A stretch of DNA of 64,000 bases, taken from positions 32,001 through 96,000 of the forward strand of contig CAWEWF010000003.1 in NCBI GenBank assembly GCA_963812605.1. Direction: 5' to 3'. The stretch's first letter is position 1. Each line of letters begins with the position of its first letter. Shown here one piece after another: positions 53,281 to 64,000 of the stretch. The notes beneath the pieces were generated by a model. The model saw only the letters and a program-made list of their open reading frames with translations, was not told the DNA's origin and did not search any database. The stretch is from an uncultured Verrucomicrobiae bacterium (GTDB lineage Bacteria; Verrucomicrobiota; Verrucomicrobiia; Palsa-1439). The position numbers were made by a program, and so were the translations under genes.

Positions 53281-56200
53281 ATGAAAAGAATCTTGCCAGT
53301 CCTCTTATTTTGAGCAGCTTGAGGTTTGTGGGCAGTTGCTCGGGAGATGGGATACTGATTTGCACAAATAGCACATGCGCGCCGTGTCAGGTGCGAGTGG
53401 ATTTGGACGTTATGTCAACACCCTGTGATGCAGGATTCACGGTCTCTTTCTATGATGAAACGGGCAACAGTGAAGGATTGATAAATGGGTCGAGCTTGCA
53501 CACATGCGTCAATCCGTATAGTGGCCATTGTTTTGTCGCGGTTGATGTTCAGTACTATTATCGCCCATACGCGGGGGGATTTTGCCAGCCGTATGTCGGC
53601 ATTGATTTGGGGGGCATATGCAGCCAATTCGGTGAGTGGATTCGCGGGCGACAGGTCTCGGCGGCGACAACGCTGCTACCACCATACACAGTGTGCGCGC
53701 ACGTTTATCCGCCACCGCACGACAACAATTCTCAACGAACCGGTCAGGACACCACGGACGATGAAGATTGGTATCTGGCAGCCAACAGACACCGACTGCA
53801 ATCAAAATACGGGAAGAATTCTATCCGGTAAAGTTGGGTAACGGCGCGACATCTTCGAAGCTCCCGGATCTTCAATTGGTCCCAGTTCCCGGCGAGACAT
53901 TATCGGCAACAAATGCGTACCAGATTCCAATCCAGCGCCAATGCAATTCTCGGCCCCTTTGAAGGCGGGTCGGACCCATAATGACAATGTGTCGTGTCTC
54001 GACGCGACCAATTACGTGATGATTTCGGATTGGCAAGGGAGCCAGCGTGTGTTTACCATAAGCAACAGGGTCTATACCGGAGACGTGAATGTTGCCGGAA
54101 GCTGAACAAACACGACCGTCTTTCCACTGCAGTTGACGCACGGAACACGGTATTGGTTCGACAGCCAGCATGGCAACCGGTTGGGTACGATCACTGACCG
54201 GATCGTGAACACCGTGACGCTTTCCAATGCTACCGGCAACATCCTCACAGGTGTCGTGGATGTAGCGGGAGGAAACTCGCACTCTTCTATAACGTCAGCG
54301 ATGACTTGACGAACGTCGTTGATCCCATTGGTCGCGCCACCAGCTTTGGCTATGACGGACAGGGTCGGCTGGCGAGCGTCAGCGATTCACTCGGAACGCG
54401 GGCCCAGTACGTGTACGGTGATTCCGCGTTGACCAACGCCATCACTCAGGTAACAAATGGCCGAGGCTATGCCGACGGTTTCACGTACAATACACTCGGT
54501 CAGTGCCTCAGTCAAACGAGTGCGTTAGAGAAAGTGCAGACATTTGCGCTGACGCGGGACCAATCAGCAGGTTACCGTCACGAAGTTCGATGGCACCAGT
54601 CACACCCTGTATAACGATGCGACTCGTGCCGTCACCGCCCGCGTCGATGCCGCCGGTACACAACAGTATTGGCGTGATGGCCTGCATCAGGCCACCAATA
54701 TCGTGGACCGGCTTGGCGATAGCACTCAGTATTTGTTTGATACCAATGTGAGCGCCAGCGGGCTCTCGGGCACCCTGCTGAGGCAGATTGACCCGCTTGG
54801 GCGGACGAATTCCTGGACCTACGAGGCAGTATTCAATTTCCCGGTCACCTTCACCAATGCTGCCCGGTGGTGTCGCGCACTGGGGCTACGATAACAAGGG
54901 GAACGTGACCATCACCACCGATGCTGCCGGACAGGTCACCCTTTACCGGTAACGATGGTGCTGGCAACCAAACAAGCGTTACTGACGCCAACACTCACGT
55001 AACAATGTTTGGCTACGACCAATACGGCCACCTTACTGAACGCCACCGACGCGCTCAGCCACGCAACGGGGTTCACCTACGACATTGTCGGGCGACGCAC
55101 CAAGAGTAGCGCGGATGCGCTCGGGCAGAGCGAATCCTTCACCTGGGACGCCCGCGACCGGCTCACTCGCCATGTCAACGCCGCTGGCGAGACCAACATA
55201 TGGAGCTACGATGGCAACGGCAACCAGACCGCGTGGACCGACCCCCAATCAACACCCGCACCAACAGCTACGACGCGCTGGATTGGTCGACGACAACCAC
55301 CTTGCCTGGGCGACAGCGCGGCGTTCGTGACGTACGGCTATGACGACGCCAATAACCGGGTCAAGCGCGACCCATGCGTTGAGTCATCAAACGAAGTTCG
55401 GCTTTGACGCACTGGGTCGACTGACCAGCACAACCAACGCCCTGAGTAAGGTCTGGTCATTTGTCGTGGACGCCGAAGGCCGACGCACCCGCGCGACCTA
55501 CCGAAATAGCCATAGCCAGGGCTTTGTCTACGACGCGGCGGGCCAACTGACTGCGTGGGGACGAACGCGTTGACACAAAGTGCGGGTTACGGTATTCAGC
55601 TACGACCCGCTGGGTAACCTGACGAATGCGTGAGACGCGCGCAGCAATCCGCTGACGTTTGGCTACGATGCCGTGAGCCGTTTGACAGCCGTGACCTATG
55701 CTGGCGGAAGTAGCGAGCAATTTTCCCACGACGGCGTGGGCAACCTGACCGGCTTGGTGACCCGCGCTACACAGACCATCGTCATGACCTACGACGCCGC
55801 GAACCGGCTGACGCAAAAGAGTTACGTTGGGACCGTCGACGCGTTCAACTACGGTTACGACGCGGCGAACCAATTAACCGGTGTAGTAGCCGCCGTCTCA
55901 GGCGGCTCCGTCACTTCTATTCTCGCCTTCGCCTACGACGCAGCAGATCGGCTGACCAATGAAACGCAAACTGTAGGAACAGCGTCCCCGCGCGCGGTGG
56001 GCTACCAATATTTGGACAGATGGTCGCCGCAATCGCCTGACCTACCCTGACGGCAGTTTCATCACTTACGACTACAACACCAAAGGGTGGCTGACGGACA
56101 TCAAGGACGGTGGCACGAATACAATCGTCAGCTACCAGTACGACGCGGCGGGCCGACGAACACAACGAACGCTTGAGAACAACACGTTCACTCTCTACGA

Positions 56201-58011
56201 CTACGACGTTGCCAACCAGTTGACGAGCATTTGGCACCAGGTTACCAGTGGGGGGACCAACACGATCAGCCGCTATCAGTACGGATACGATAACGCGGGG
56301 AATCGGAGTTGGGTGAAGCGGGCGCATCAGTCCAACAAGGGAGATGTCTACACGTACGACGCAGCCGACCAGTTGACCGACGTGAAATACAACGCTACAA
56401 ACCCCGATGGAAGCGCCAGCGGCTGGGATCGGGAAGTAACGTACGCCTATGACGTGGCCGGTAATCGAACGAATCTGATTGAGAAAATCGGCAACGCGAC
56501 GAATGCGACCAGCTATGCAGCGAACAGCGACAACCAGTTGACCAGCGCGACCGCGACACGCCAAGGATTAACTGTGGCCGGGGCGGTTAATTCCGGTCCG
56601 CTCAGCAACAAGTGGTATGCAAGCACAGCCTTGGCGCGCGGAGTCAGCGCCGGAGTCAGCACAATGAACGGCACGTTTTCGCTGCCCTGTGTTCCAATGA
56701 GTGGTTGCAGTAAAACGCTTTGACTGTGACTGTCACCGATGTCAGCGGCAACATCGCCACGCAAATCGTAAACGTGACGATGGCAACCGGGACAAACACG
56801 TTCGGTTACGATGCCAACGGAAACCAGACGAATGATGCTGTGTGGAGTTCACAGCTACGACGCCGAGAACCCGGAAGTCGGCGGCCAATGGATCTCTAAC
56901 GAATAATTACAGCTATGACGCGATCGACCGTTTCATTGGCAGCGAAGGACCAGCGGCAGTAGTGTAATGACCAATTGCCTCTATTACGCTGGCGAGCTAC
57001 CGATTGCCGAGTACAAACGGAGCCGGCGTCCTCCAGCGCAGATATGTCGTGGCCTCGGCGTCGACGAGCCTCTGCGAGTGACCGAGCGGCAACAAATTTC
57101 TATTTTCATGCAGATGGGCTTACGAGCGTCACCGAGATATCTGATTCATCTGGCAACCTCATTGAGCGATACAGTTACGATGTGAATGGTGCGGCGATGT
57201 TCTACAGTAGCAGTGGTGCATTGACCAACGCTTCCGCGATTGCCAACCGCCTCCTCTTCACATCACGCGACCGCGACCCAGACACGGGGTGGTATAATAA
57301 TCGCCATCGCTACTACAACCCGAATGGTGGGCCGGTTCGCCAGCCCTGGACCCGATTCGGGCTAGAGGTGGCGACTTGAACCTGTATCGCTACTGCTACA
57401 GCCACCCGATAGACTTCAAAGATTCTTCAGGGTTGTGCAAAGATGGCAGCTTTTGGAGTGATTACTGGAACAATCTCAGTCAGGACTGGTTCAATAATCT
57501 GAGCGACGGCGCGCGCGGCCTTCTGATGTCTCCAGTGGATTTAGTATCTGGCATAATCGGTGGGGTTGGCGGCTCTGGATTGATGCAGGCAACCTGTCGG
57601 GGCATCCCTGGGGTATCTGGGACTCGACGCTCAACGCGCGACCAAACCTGCCCGGACGACCATCCCGGCTGCACTTGAACAATAGGGAAGCGATCCACGT
57701 GCCATCGGTTCCACCGTTGGGCAAATCGGGATCGGATTTGGAGCCGGGAATGCCTTTGTCTGCTGCAGATGCGCTGTCTGCAGGTGATAAGGTTTCGAGC
57801 GCTGCAAACGCGATCGAAGACTGGTTGGGACCGGACACGAAGTTGAGACGGACTCTGGTAGCCTGATGTTACGATCGGCAGATGGTACTAAGTCAATTCG
57901 CTTTGACCTGTCGGGTTCTGATCGGCACATCAATGTTGAGACTTGGCAGCCACTCGGAAATGGTAGGTTTACGAATGAGTTGGCAATGTGCATGTTTATC
58001 CAAAACCGTAA
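53281..58011 (+). CDS. RHS/YD-repeat polymorphic toxin (many frameshifts)
   Basis: YDGQGRL, YDAANRLT, YDNAGNR repeats; core RDRDPDTGWYNNRHRYYNP and NLYRYCYSHPIDFKDSSG; variable C-terminal region. Confidence 0.85.
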
Positions 58012-58025
58012 GAGTCTGAGCCACA

Positions 58026-58592
58026 ATGAAACGTGATCATCTGTTGAACTAGAGCAGAAAGCGCTGGCGCTGCAAAATCTGGACAGATTCGGGAAGCCGC
58101 CGACGTTTTTGCTGTCCTTGTCAAAGAGCAACCGGACTGGAGCGGGGACTGGATTTGACAGCCTCGCTTTCTGTCTGGAAGAATTGGGTGAGTATGATTC
58201 GGCGGAAAATCATACACCGAAGCATTGAGAGACTGGCCAAAAAACCCGTATTTTTTGGGGGACGTGCCTTCAAAGCTTGCATCGCGACCCAAACACTTTG
58301 AGACTTATTTGAAGTTACTGGAGATGGAACACTTGAGCAAAAGTCAGAAGGGGGTCGAAACGGCTGTGACGGTACTGAAGAGTCTCGGCGAACGGATTGG
58401 GTACGAACGATTGCGGAGAAATGAAGCATGTCTAACTCTCATTGCGATAAAGACTATCTTCAGTGGTAAAAGAGGGGAGATTCGCACCAAGATTCTCAAG
58501 AAGGACATGCTCAAGTTGTTTGGCTTGGACAGTCACCGACAGCCTTTAGACTTGTGGGAACTTTATTTTACTGGTCTGCACCAGCGGAATAG
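58026..58592 (+). CDS. Putative immunity protein, TPR-like (frameshifted)
   Basis: Starts 14 nt after the RHS stop; ELEQKALAL..GQIREAADVFAVLVKEQPDW helical repeat. Confidence 0.5.
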
Positions 58593-58690
58593 GGCTGCGA
58601 GATGTGCGGATTTGCCTCCGTGCAATACCCAACAGGGCTCCTCTCCCCCAAGGGGAGAGGCGGGGGAATCGGAGAGAGGAGGAGGACCTT

Positions 58691-58882
58691 AAAACATGTG
58701 TTTCTGCGAAACGAACCCATTTGTAATGTTGGCAAATGTGGTTGTAAGATGCATAAAGGCAATGAGTTGTGAATCCGGGGAAGAATTTTTGAAATGGGTT
58801 CGTTTTTCGGGTTGCAGAAGGCCTGTGGACGGCTCGGAGAGCCGTCCCTACCCGACAGATGTAAACAGGCGGGACGCCTGTT
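58691..58882. repeat. MITE-like inverted repeat followed by REP palindromes
   Basis: AAACGAACCCATTT (58709-58722) / AAATGGGTTCGTTT (58792-58805); GGACGGCTCGGAGAGCCGTCCCTACC; ACAGGCGGGACGCCTGT. Confidence 0.65.
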
Positions 58883-58955
58883 CAACGTGGAGCGCGGATC
58901 AGGAGCGGCCGACAACGGTGGTGTTTTATAACCAAGGGACTGATAAATTAGGACA

Positions 58956-59942
58956 ATGCTAAAAAAATTGCTTCTGGTTTTGGGCGTTCTCGGTTCGGGG
59001 TTCCTGGTTTTTGCTCCGGCGGGGGCGGCGCAGTCGTTGCCGACTTATGAAGATTTTCGGCGGGTGGATCGGATGCGGCGGATGACGGGGCAATTGCAGA
59101 CGAGCGAGCTGTTGAAGGTGACGCGGGTGGACCCGGGGTTGATCCAGCGGACGGCGTTGCGGGCGACGAATGATTTTCAGGTGACGTGGGGCGCGGCGGA
59201 GTTGATCGGGGATTGGACGACGAAGCGGTTGCTGTTTGAGTCGGCGCTGGCGGCGAGCGGGTCGAACGTGGCGGTGGCGTTGCGGTACGGTTGCGCGGCG
59301 GCACAGAAGCGTGACACGGATACCGCGCTGCCGTTGTTGCGGTTGGCGGAGAAACGTGATGAGGGCAATGCCGTGCCGTGGCTGGTTGAGCTGGGATTAC
59401 TGGAGGCGCAACAGAAAGGGTTTGCGGAATTGAAGCTGCCGGTTGGGTGGACAATCCATTATCGCGATTACGGCACCGAAGCGGCGCGGGCGCGGATTCG
59501 TTTGCTGGAGGCGGCGGGGTATTCGCCTTATGCGGCGCGGCGATTGGGGTTCGCTCCCGAGACGCCGGTGCTCAGCATGGTACGGGAGTTGGCGGAGCGA
59601 CCCATCGAAAAGGCGGCCACGCCGTTTTTGTTGCAGGTCGCGCGGGCGATGCAGGATCGGCCGATGTATTTGTTGACGGAACTGGTGGGGGAGACGCTGG
59701 AGCGCGCGGTGACGGCGACGGGCGTGGAAGGGCAGACGGGCGCCGAGGCCAACATGCGCGCGCTGGAACTGGATCGACGCCGTGATGACATCAAGGCGCT
59801 GGTGTCGTCAGTCGAGCGCGACACGGCGGACATTGCGACCGAGGCGGAGATGGTGGGGTATTTTGATGATGTGCTGAACCTGGGCGAAGACGTGGCGATG
59901 CGGCGGCTCGTCGGGAAGGTGCAGGGAAATCCGCTGCCGTGA
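58956..59942 (+). CDS. Hypothetical exported helical protein
   Basis: Signal peptide, 328-aa ORF with host-like GC. Confidence 0.7.
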   Translation: MLKKLLLVLGVLGSGFLVFAPAGAAQSLPTYEDFRRVDRMRRMTGQLQTSELLKVTRVDPGLIQRTALRATNDFQVTWGAAELIGDWTTKRLLFESALAASGSNVAVALRYGCAAAQKRDTDTALPLLRLAEKRDEGNAVPWLVELGLLEAQQKGFAELKLPVGWTIHYRDYGTEAARARIRLLEAAGYSPYAARRLGFAPETPVLSMVRELAERPIEKAATPFLLQVARAMQDRPMYLLTELVGETLERAVTATGVEGQTGAEANMRALELDRRRDDIKALVSSVERDTADIATEAEMVGYFDDVLNLGEDVAMRRLVGKVQGNPLP

Positions 59943-59950
59943 GCGGGGAC

Positions 59951-61225
59951 TCAAGGCGCGGGTTGTGTTGGTTTCGGATGCTTCATGTTTTCCAACTGGC
60001 TGATGGCGGCTTGCAGTTTTTGATCCGAAGGGACTTGCCGCTGGAGGGACTTAAGCACGTCGATTCCATCATCGATGCGGTTCTGCTCCACGTAGAGTTG
60101 CATGAGCCGAAAGTTGGCTTCGGGATTCTCCGGGCCCAGCGCGATGGCCTGTTTGAAAGCGTACTCAGCTTCGTCGGTCCGTCCGCGGCTGTTGTAAACG
60201 CCGCCGATGGCCGAGCGGTGCTTGGAATACGTCATCCGGGCCCACCTATTCGAGAGAAATCCCGGATCGGCGAGGAGCTGTTTTGTCAGCGCATCCCAAA
60301 ACTCGCGGTCACGCGCGATGACCGCCGGGTCAAGTTGGGCCAGCGGCTTCCGGTTCAGCTTCAAGATCAGTCCGTGCGGCTCGAGGTATGGATACATCCA
60401 GGCCATGGGATGACTTTCTTCAACGTAGAACTCGCGATCCGGGTTCTTGTCGAAAATGAATTTGGAAATCCGCCCTTCCATTGCCAATCTCGCTTCGCCA
60501 CCTTTCATGGCTTCGTCGGGATTGAGTGTTTCCCCGTAAAGGACGCGGTGTTGAACATCCTCCACATACTCCTGAAAACAGCGCTGCACATCTGCCGTGG
60601 TGGGAAGCGTGATACGAGTTCCATACATCGAGCGGGCGTAATCCAGATACGAGTCGTCGCCCAGCCAGTTTTGCGTGAGCGTGAAGAACGGGTCGGCGTT
60701 TATTTGAGAGTTGGACAGGGCCGTGACCAAAGAGCGACCGGGACCAGTGCCGCCGAAATAAATACTCCCCGGCGGGATGGATTGGATAATGTCCCGGGCA
60801 AAGGCGATCGGGTATTTGTCTCCGCCGGCGGCGAACTCCGAGAGCGCGCCGTAGGTTTCCAGCGCCGGTTGCCATTGCTTGACGTGCGAAGGCGAGCGAT
60901 TATTTGCGTCGGGATATTCGTAAAGCAGGGAATGGTCGTGTACGGCTTCCCAAATATTGCTCGCTGTCGGCAAGTCTCCTCGCGCCACCGCCGCGAACAG
61001 GGAGTTGAATTCCGGCGGCAATTCTTTGCCGTCGGCAGCCGCCAGCGCATTGGCCTGCGCTTGCTTCGCGGCGATGAAGGCTTTCAATTGGTCGGAGACC
61101 TTCGATTTGTCAAGGGACCAGATGCGGCTGCGGCTGTCGGCGTCGAGGGAAAAGCTTGCCACCAAAAACACGAGGCTGAACGCTGCGAGCGTCGTCGTTC
61201 TGCGTATGCGGAAGCGCATCTTCAT
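59951..61225 (-). CDS. Exported TPR-containing protein
   Basis: Signal peptide; SIYFGGTGPGR, YPYLEPHGLI; C-terminal TPR EAEYAFKQAIALGPENPEA. Confidence 0.75.
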   Translation of the reverse strand: MKMRFRIRRTTTLAAFSLVFLVASFSLDADSRSRIWSLDKSKVSDQLKAFIAAKQAQANALAAADGKELPPEFNSLFAAVARGDLPTASNIWEAVHDHSLLYEYPDANNRSPSHVKQWQPALETYGALSEFAAGGDKYPIAFARDIIQSIPPGSIYFGGTGPGRSLVTALSNSQINADPFFTLTQNWLGDDSYLDYARSMYGTRITLPTTADVQRCFQEYVEDVQHRVLYGETLNPDEAMKGGEARLAMEGRISKFIFDKNPDREFYVEESHPMAWMYPYLEPHGLILKLNRKPLAQLDPAVIARDREFWDALTKQLLADPGFLSNRWARMTYSKHRSAIGGVYNSRGRTDEAEYAFKQAIALGPENPEANFRLMQLYVEQNRIDDGIDVLKSLQRQVPSDQKLQAAISQLENMKHPKPTQPAP

Positions 61226-61380
61226 AGTTCACCTACCGCGCCGTCAGTGAATCATAGCCACTTGTTCTCGAAACGTCACCTTATTTGGCAGGAAAAGCGA
61301 GCCAAGCGGCAACGTTTCTGTTATCCTTTTTCGGCAGGGTTGGCTGAGGCGGCGACAGTTTGGAAATGGAGCGGAAGGCA

Positions 61381-62352
61381 ATGAAGAAAAATATTTGGAT
61401 CGGGGTGTTGGCGATTGCAGTGGCGGCGCTGGCAATCGTGGTGGGGATGCAGAACGGGCAGATTCAGGGCTTGCAGGAGGAGAAGCGTTTGATGTTGGCC
61501 GCGTTGGCAGAGAAAGCCAAAGCTGCGCCCGCGCCGGTCGAGGAAACCCCGGCGCCATTGCCGGAGACCAAAACGGTTGAGCCAGTGGTGGCCGTGGCAC
61601 CTGCTCCCGAGGCGCCGCCGACCAAGGCGACAACGAACAATCCTTTCGCGGGGATGGCGGAGATGATGAAGAGCCCGCAAATGAAGGAGATGATGCGCGC
61701 CCAGCAGAAGGTGGCAATTAATGGAATGTACGGGTCGCTTTCCAAATACCTGAATCTCTCTACCAATGACATGGATGCACTCAAGGAACTGCTTTTACAA
61801 CGGCAGATGGCCTTGATGGATGCGGGGATGTCCATGATGGGCGGCACCGGGACCGACCCGAAGCAGGCGGCCGCCGACGTGCAGACGGTCAAAGCTGACT
61901 ATGACAAAAAGATCTCGGATCTGCTCGGCGCACAGGATTACCCGGTTTTCCAGGATTACGAAAAAACCGCGGCGGACCGGATGACGGTGCAGATGTTCAA
62001 GAATTCGTTGTCGCCGGACGCGGCATTGACGGATCAACAAGAGGAAAATTTAGTCACGGCGATGGCGGAGGAACGCAAGGCGATGCCGGCCACGTCGGCG
62101 TTGAACAACCAGACTCCCGATCCGTCGAAGTTTACCGAGGAGGGGATCGCGGATACGTTGAAGCAAATGGACCAGTTGCAGCAACGGAATGCCGAGCGCG
62201 CCGCGTCGATCCTCACTCCCACGCAGCTTGACCAGTTCACAAAGTTCCAGCAGCAAATGAACAGCATGGCGGCAGTCGGCATGAAGATGGCCGCGCAGAT
62301 GTTTGGAAACAAGGGCGCCGCGCCGGCGCCCGCCGCTAGTCCCAGCCCGTAA
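61381..62352 (+). CDS. Hypothetical membrane-anchored helical protein
   Basis: N-terminal TM, Pro/Ala linker, LTDQQ and LTPTQ helical motifs. Confidence 0.72.
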   Translation: MKKNIWIGVLAIAVAALAIVVGMQNGQIQGLQEEKRLMLAALAEKAKAAPAPVEETPAPLPETKTVEPVVAVAPAPEAPPTKATTNNPFAGMAEMMKSPQMKEMMRAQQKVAINGMYGSLSKYLNLSTNDMDALKELLLQRQMALMDAGMSMMGGTGTDPKQAAADVQTVKADYDKKISDLLGAQDYPVFQDYEKTAADRMTVQMFKNSLSPDAALTDQQEENLVTAMAEERKAMPATSALNNQTPDPSKFTEEGIADTLKQMDQLQQRNAERAASILTPTQLDQFTKFQQQMNSMAAVGMKMAAQMFGNKGAAPAPAASPSP

Positions 62353-62371
62353 GCGTCCGCGCGATTTACCG

Positions 62372-62400
62372 TTGCGTGTCGAAACCGCGCCCGCTATATT
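62372..62400 (+). promoter_or_regulatory. Sigma70 promoter of tRNA-Leu
   Basis: TTGCGT-N17-TATATT, 16 nt upstream of the mature tRNA. Confidence 0.65.
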
Positions 62401-62416
62401 CTAAAAGATCTGGTGC

Positions 62417-62503
62417 GCGGACGTGGCGAAACTGGCAGACGCGCAGCCCTCAGAAGGCTGTGACCGCAAGGTCATGGAGGTTCAACTCCTCTCGTCCGCA
62501 CCA
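62417..62503 (+). tRNA. tRNA-Leu (anticodon CAG)
   Basis: Acceptor GCGGACG/CGTCCGC+ACCA; anticodon arm CAGCC-CTCAGAA-GGCTG; long variable arm TGACC-GCAA-GGTCA; GGTTCAA T-loop. Confidence 0.96.
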
Positions 62504-62525
62504 ACTTCAGGATCGATTCCCGGTT

Positions 62526-64000
62526 TTAATAGCGGAAGCTGCTGTGGCCGATAAACTCGCGCAGAATCGAAGTCGGCGGCACCAGATGGTCGGAGACGCC
62601 GAGAAAGCTGGACAAGAACGCGAGCAACCGCCGCGCCTCGGCATACTGCGGATGGTACGGTTTGATTTCGACCAACAGCGGCTCGACGAACGGTTTGAGG
62701 ACCGCCAATTCGTAATCCAGCGCCGAGTTGAAGGCGATGTCAGCGCTTTGTTGAAAGGGAAATATCCAGGTCTTCTCGCCGCGGCGCACGCTGGGCCACA
62801 TGTTTAGTGTCGCCAGCGCCGTGTTGCCGCGAAAATTGTTGTCGCGGACCATCCGTCGCACGAGGCGATTGTCCGTCGTGGAAATGCGGTTATTCGAATC
62901 CAGGTTCAACTGCGTCAGCGCGCTGATGTAGATCCGCAATTTATGCGCGGGCGGCACGGACTCGGTCAGGCGGGGATTCAGCCCGTGGATGCCCTCGACC
63001 AGCACGATTTGGTCGGGTTCGATGCGCAACTTCTGCCCGCGAAATTCGCGGGAGCCCTTCTCGAAATTGAAACTCGGCAACTCCACTTCCTCGCCTTTAT
63101 CCAGCCGCAACAGGTGCTCGTTGAACAGCAACAGATCGACCGTCTCGATGTTTTCAAAATCAGCCTTGCCATGCTCGTCCAGCGGCGTCTGATCGCGACT
63201 GACGAAGTAGTTGTCCACCGAAATGGTCACCGGACGAAGGCCGTTGACGCGCAACTGGACGGCCAGCCGCTTGGCGAAGGTGGTCTTGCCCGATGAAGAG
63301 GGGCCGGCGATGAGCGTCCACTTGATCCGGCCCCGATGTTCGTAAATATGGTCGGCGATCTGCGCGATCTTCTTCTCGTGAAAAGCCTCGGCGATCTTGA
63401 TGAAGTCGCTGATCTCCTTGTTGGCGATGATTTCGTTGAGCCGGCCCACCGTATTGACGCCGAGGATCCGGCCCCATTCCTTGTGTTCCTTGAAAATCTG
63501 GAACAGTTGCGGCTGCGGCTCGAACGGCGGCAGGTTCTTCGGGTCTTCCCGTTCGGGGACCTGCAGCACGAAGCCCGGCGCGTACGAAATCAGCTTGAAC
63601 AATGTCAGGGACCCGGTGCTCGGGGCCAGCGGTCCGTGGTCCAGGTCGGAGAAATCCTCGCACCAGCATGTGGCTACCTTGGGCGGGTTGCTGAAGCGCA
63701 GGAGATTGTACTTGTCCCATTGCTTCTCTTTTTCGAAGCGGCGGACGACCTCGGTGAAGGCGATTTTGCGCCGTTCGATCGGGAGGTCGTCTGCGACATT
63801 CGCCCGCATGTGTTTGTCGAGACCTTGCAACTGCTCGTCGCTGAGGCCGGCTTTGCCGTTCATCTCGAAGCTGCAGAAGAAACCCGAGCCCAGCGAATGC
63901 TCAATCGCGAAATGAGCGTCGGGAAATAATTCCTTGATCGCCTTGGCCAACAAAAAACAGACGGAACGCCGGTAGATTTGAAAGGCGTCCGAATCGGCCC
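62526..64000 (-). CDS. Uridine-kinase-family nucleoside kinase with ThrRS-like N-terminal domain, 5' end outside window
   Basis: IAGPSSSGKTTF, ISVDNYF, VEGIHGLNP, RRMVRD, WPSVRRGE, FNSALDYEL. Confidence 0.9.
   Translation of the reverse strand, partial: ADSDAFQIYRRSVCFLLAKAIKELFPDAHFAIEHSLGSGFFCSFEMNGKAGLSDEQLQGLDKHMRANVADDLPIERRKIAFTEVVRRFEKEKQWDKYNLLRFSNPPKVATCWCEDFSDLDHGPLAPSTGSLTLFKLISYAPGFVLQVPEREDPKNLPPFEPQPQLFQIFKEHKEWGRILGVNTVGRLNEIIANKEISDFIKIAEAFHEKKIAQIADHIYEHRGRIKWTLIAGPSSSGKTTFAKRLAVQLRVNGLRPVTISVDNYFVSRDQTPLDEHGKADFENIETVDLLLFNEHLLRLDKGEEVELPSFNFEKGSREFRGQKLRIEPDQIVLVEGIHGLNPRLTESVPPAHKLRIYISALTQLNLDSNNRISTTDNRLVRRMVRDNNFRGNTALATLNMWPSVRRGEKTWIFPFQQSADIAFNSALDYELAVLKPFVEPLLVEIKPYHPQYAEARRLLAFLSSFLGVSDHLVPPTSILREFIGHSSFRY

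Noticed and set aside
62444-62460. TCA triplet in the tRNA anticodon loop suggesting tRNA-Sec or a suppressor
   Set aside because: The 7-nt loop CTCAGAA centres on CAG and the 7-bp acceptor stem fits tRNA-Leu
62411-62503. tRNA-Leu as island integration site; leader TGGTGC complementary to the 3' end
   Set aside because: No duplicated tRNA 3' fragment seen elsewhere, three host-like genes separate it from the island, and the 6-nt complementarity may be chance

Overview
Bacterial, GC-rich window whose gene content and repeat families suggest a Verrucomicrobia-like genome (inference), probably a long-read assembly: single-base indels break many genes and are densest between about 32.5 and 58.6 kb. 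Core region 1-30 kb: argD-argF, a metal-handling cluster (CDF transporter, Cys/Pro-rich leader-like ORF, CxCGC outer-membrane barrel, HupE/UreJ), a squalene-synthase operon with a periplasmic binding protein and a TPR lipoprotein, lplA plus the aceE-aceF-lpdA pyruvate dehydrogenase operon, a passenger-carrying IS1595 element with exact IRs and an 8-bp target duplication, a hopanoid cluster (hpnO, hpnN, hpnG, hpnH, shc) and a nuclease-DinG helicase. Accessory region about 30.7-58.7 kb: an integrative element with a large serine recombinase, two VirD4-like ATPases, an HTH replication initiator with iteron-like repeats, an NMNAT-like gene, an ABC-ATPase/HNH/HsdM defence block, a strongly structured non-coding segment, and an RHS toxin/immunity locus. 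The right flank holds three hypothetical exported proteins, tRNA-Leu(CAG) and a nucleoside kinase. Top leads: (1) BstB/BstC-like proteins translationally coupled to the squalene synthase gene of a hopanoid producer, a candidate periplasmic hopanoid relay; (2) a two-state inverted-repeat element at 45661-45914; (3) the integrative element itself, which shows no recognisable relaxase or T4SS. All family assignments come from motif recognition by eye; no database searches were run.
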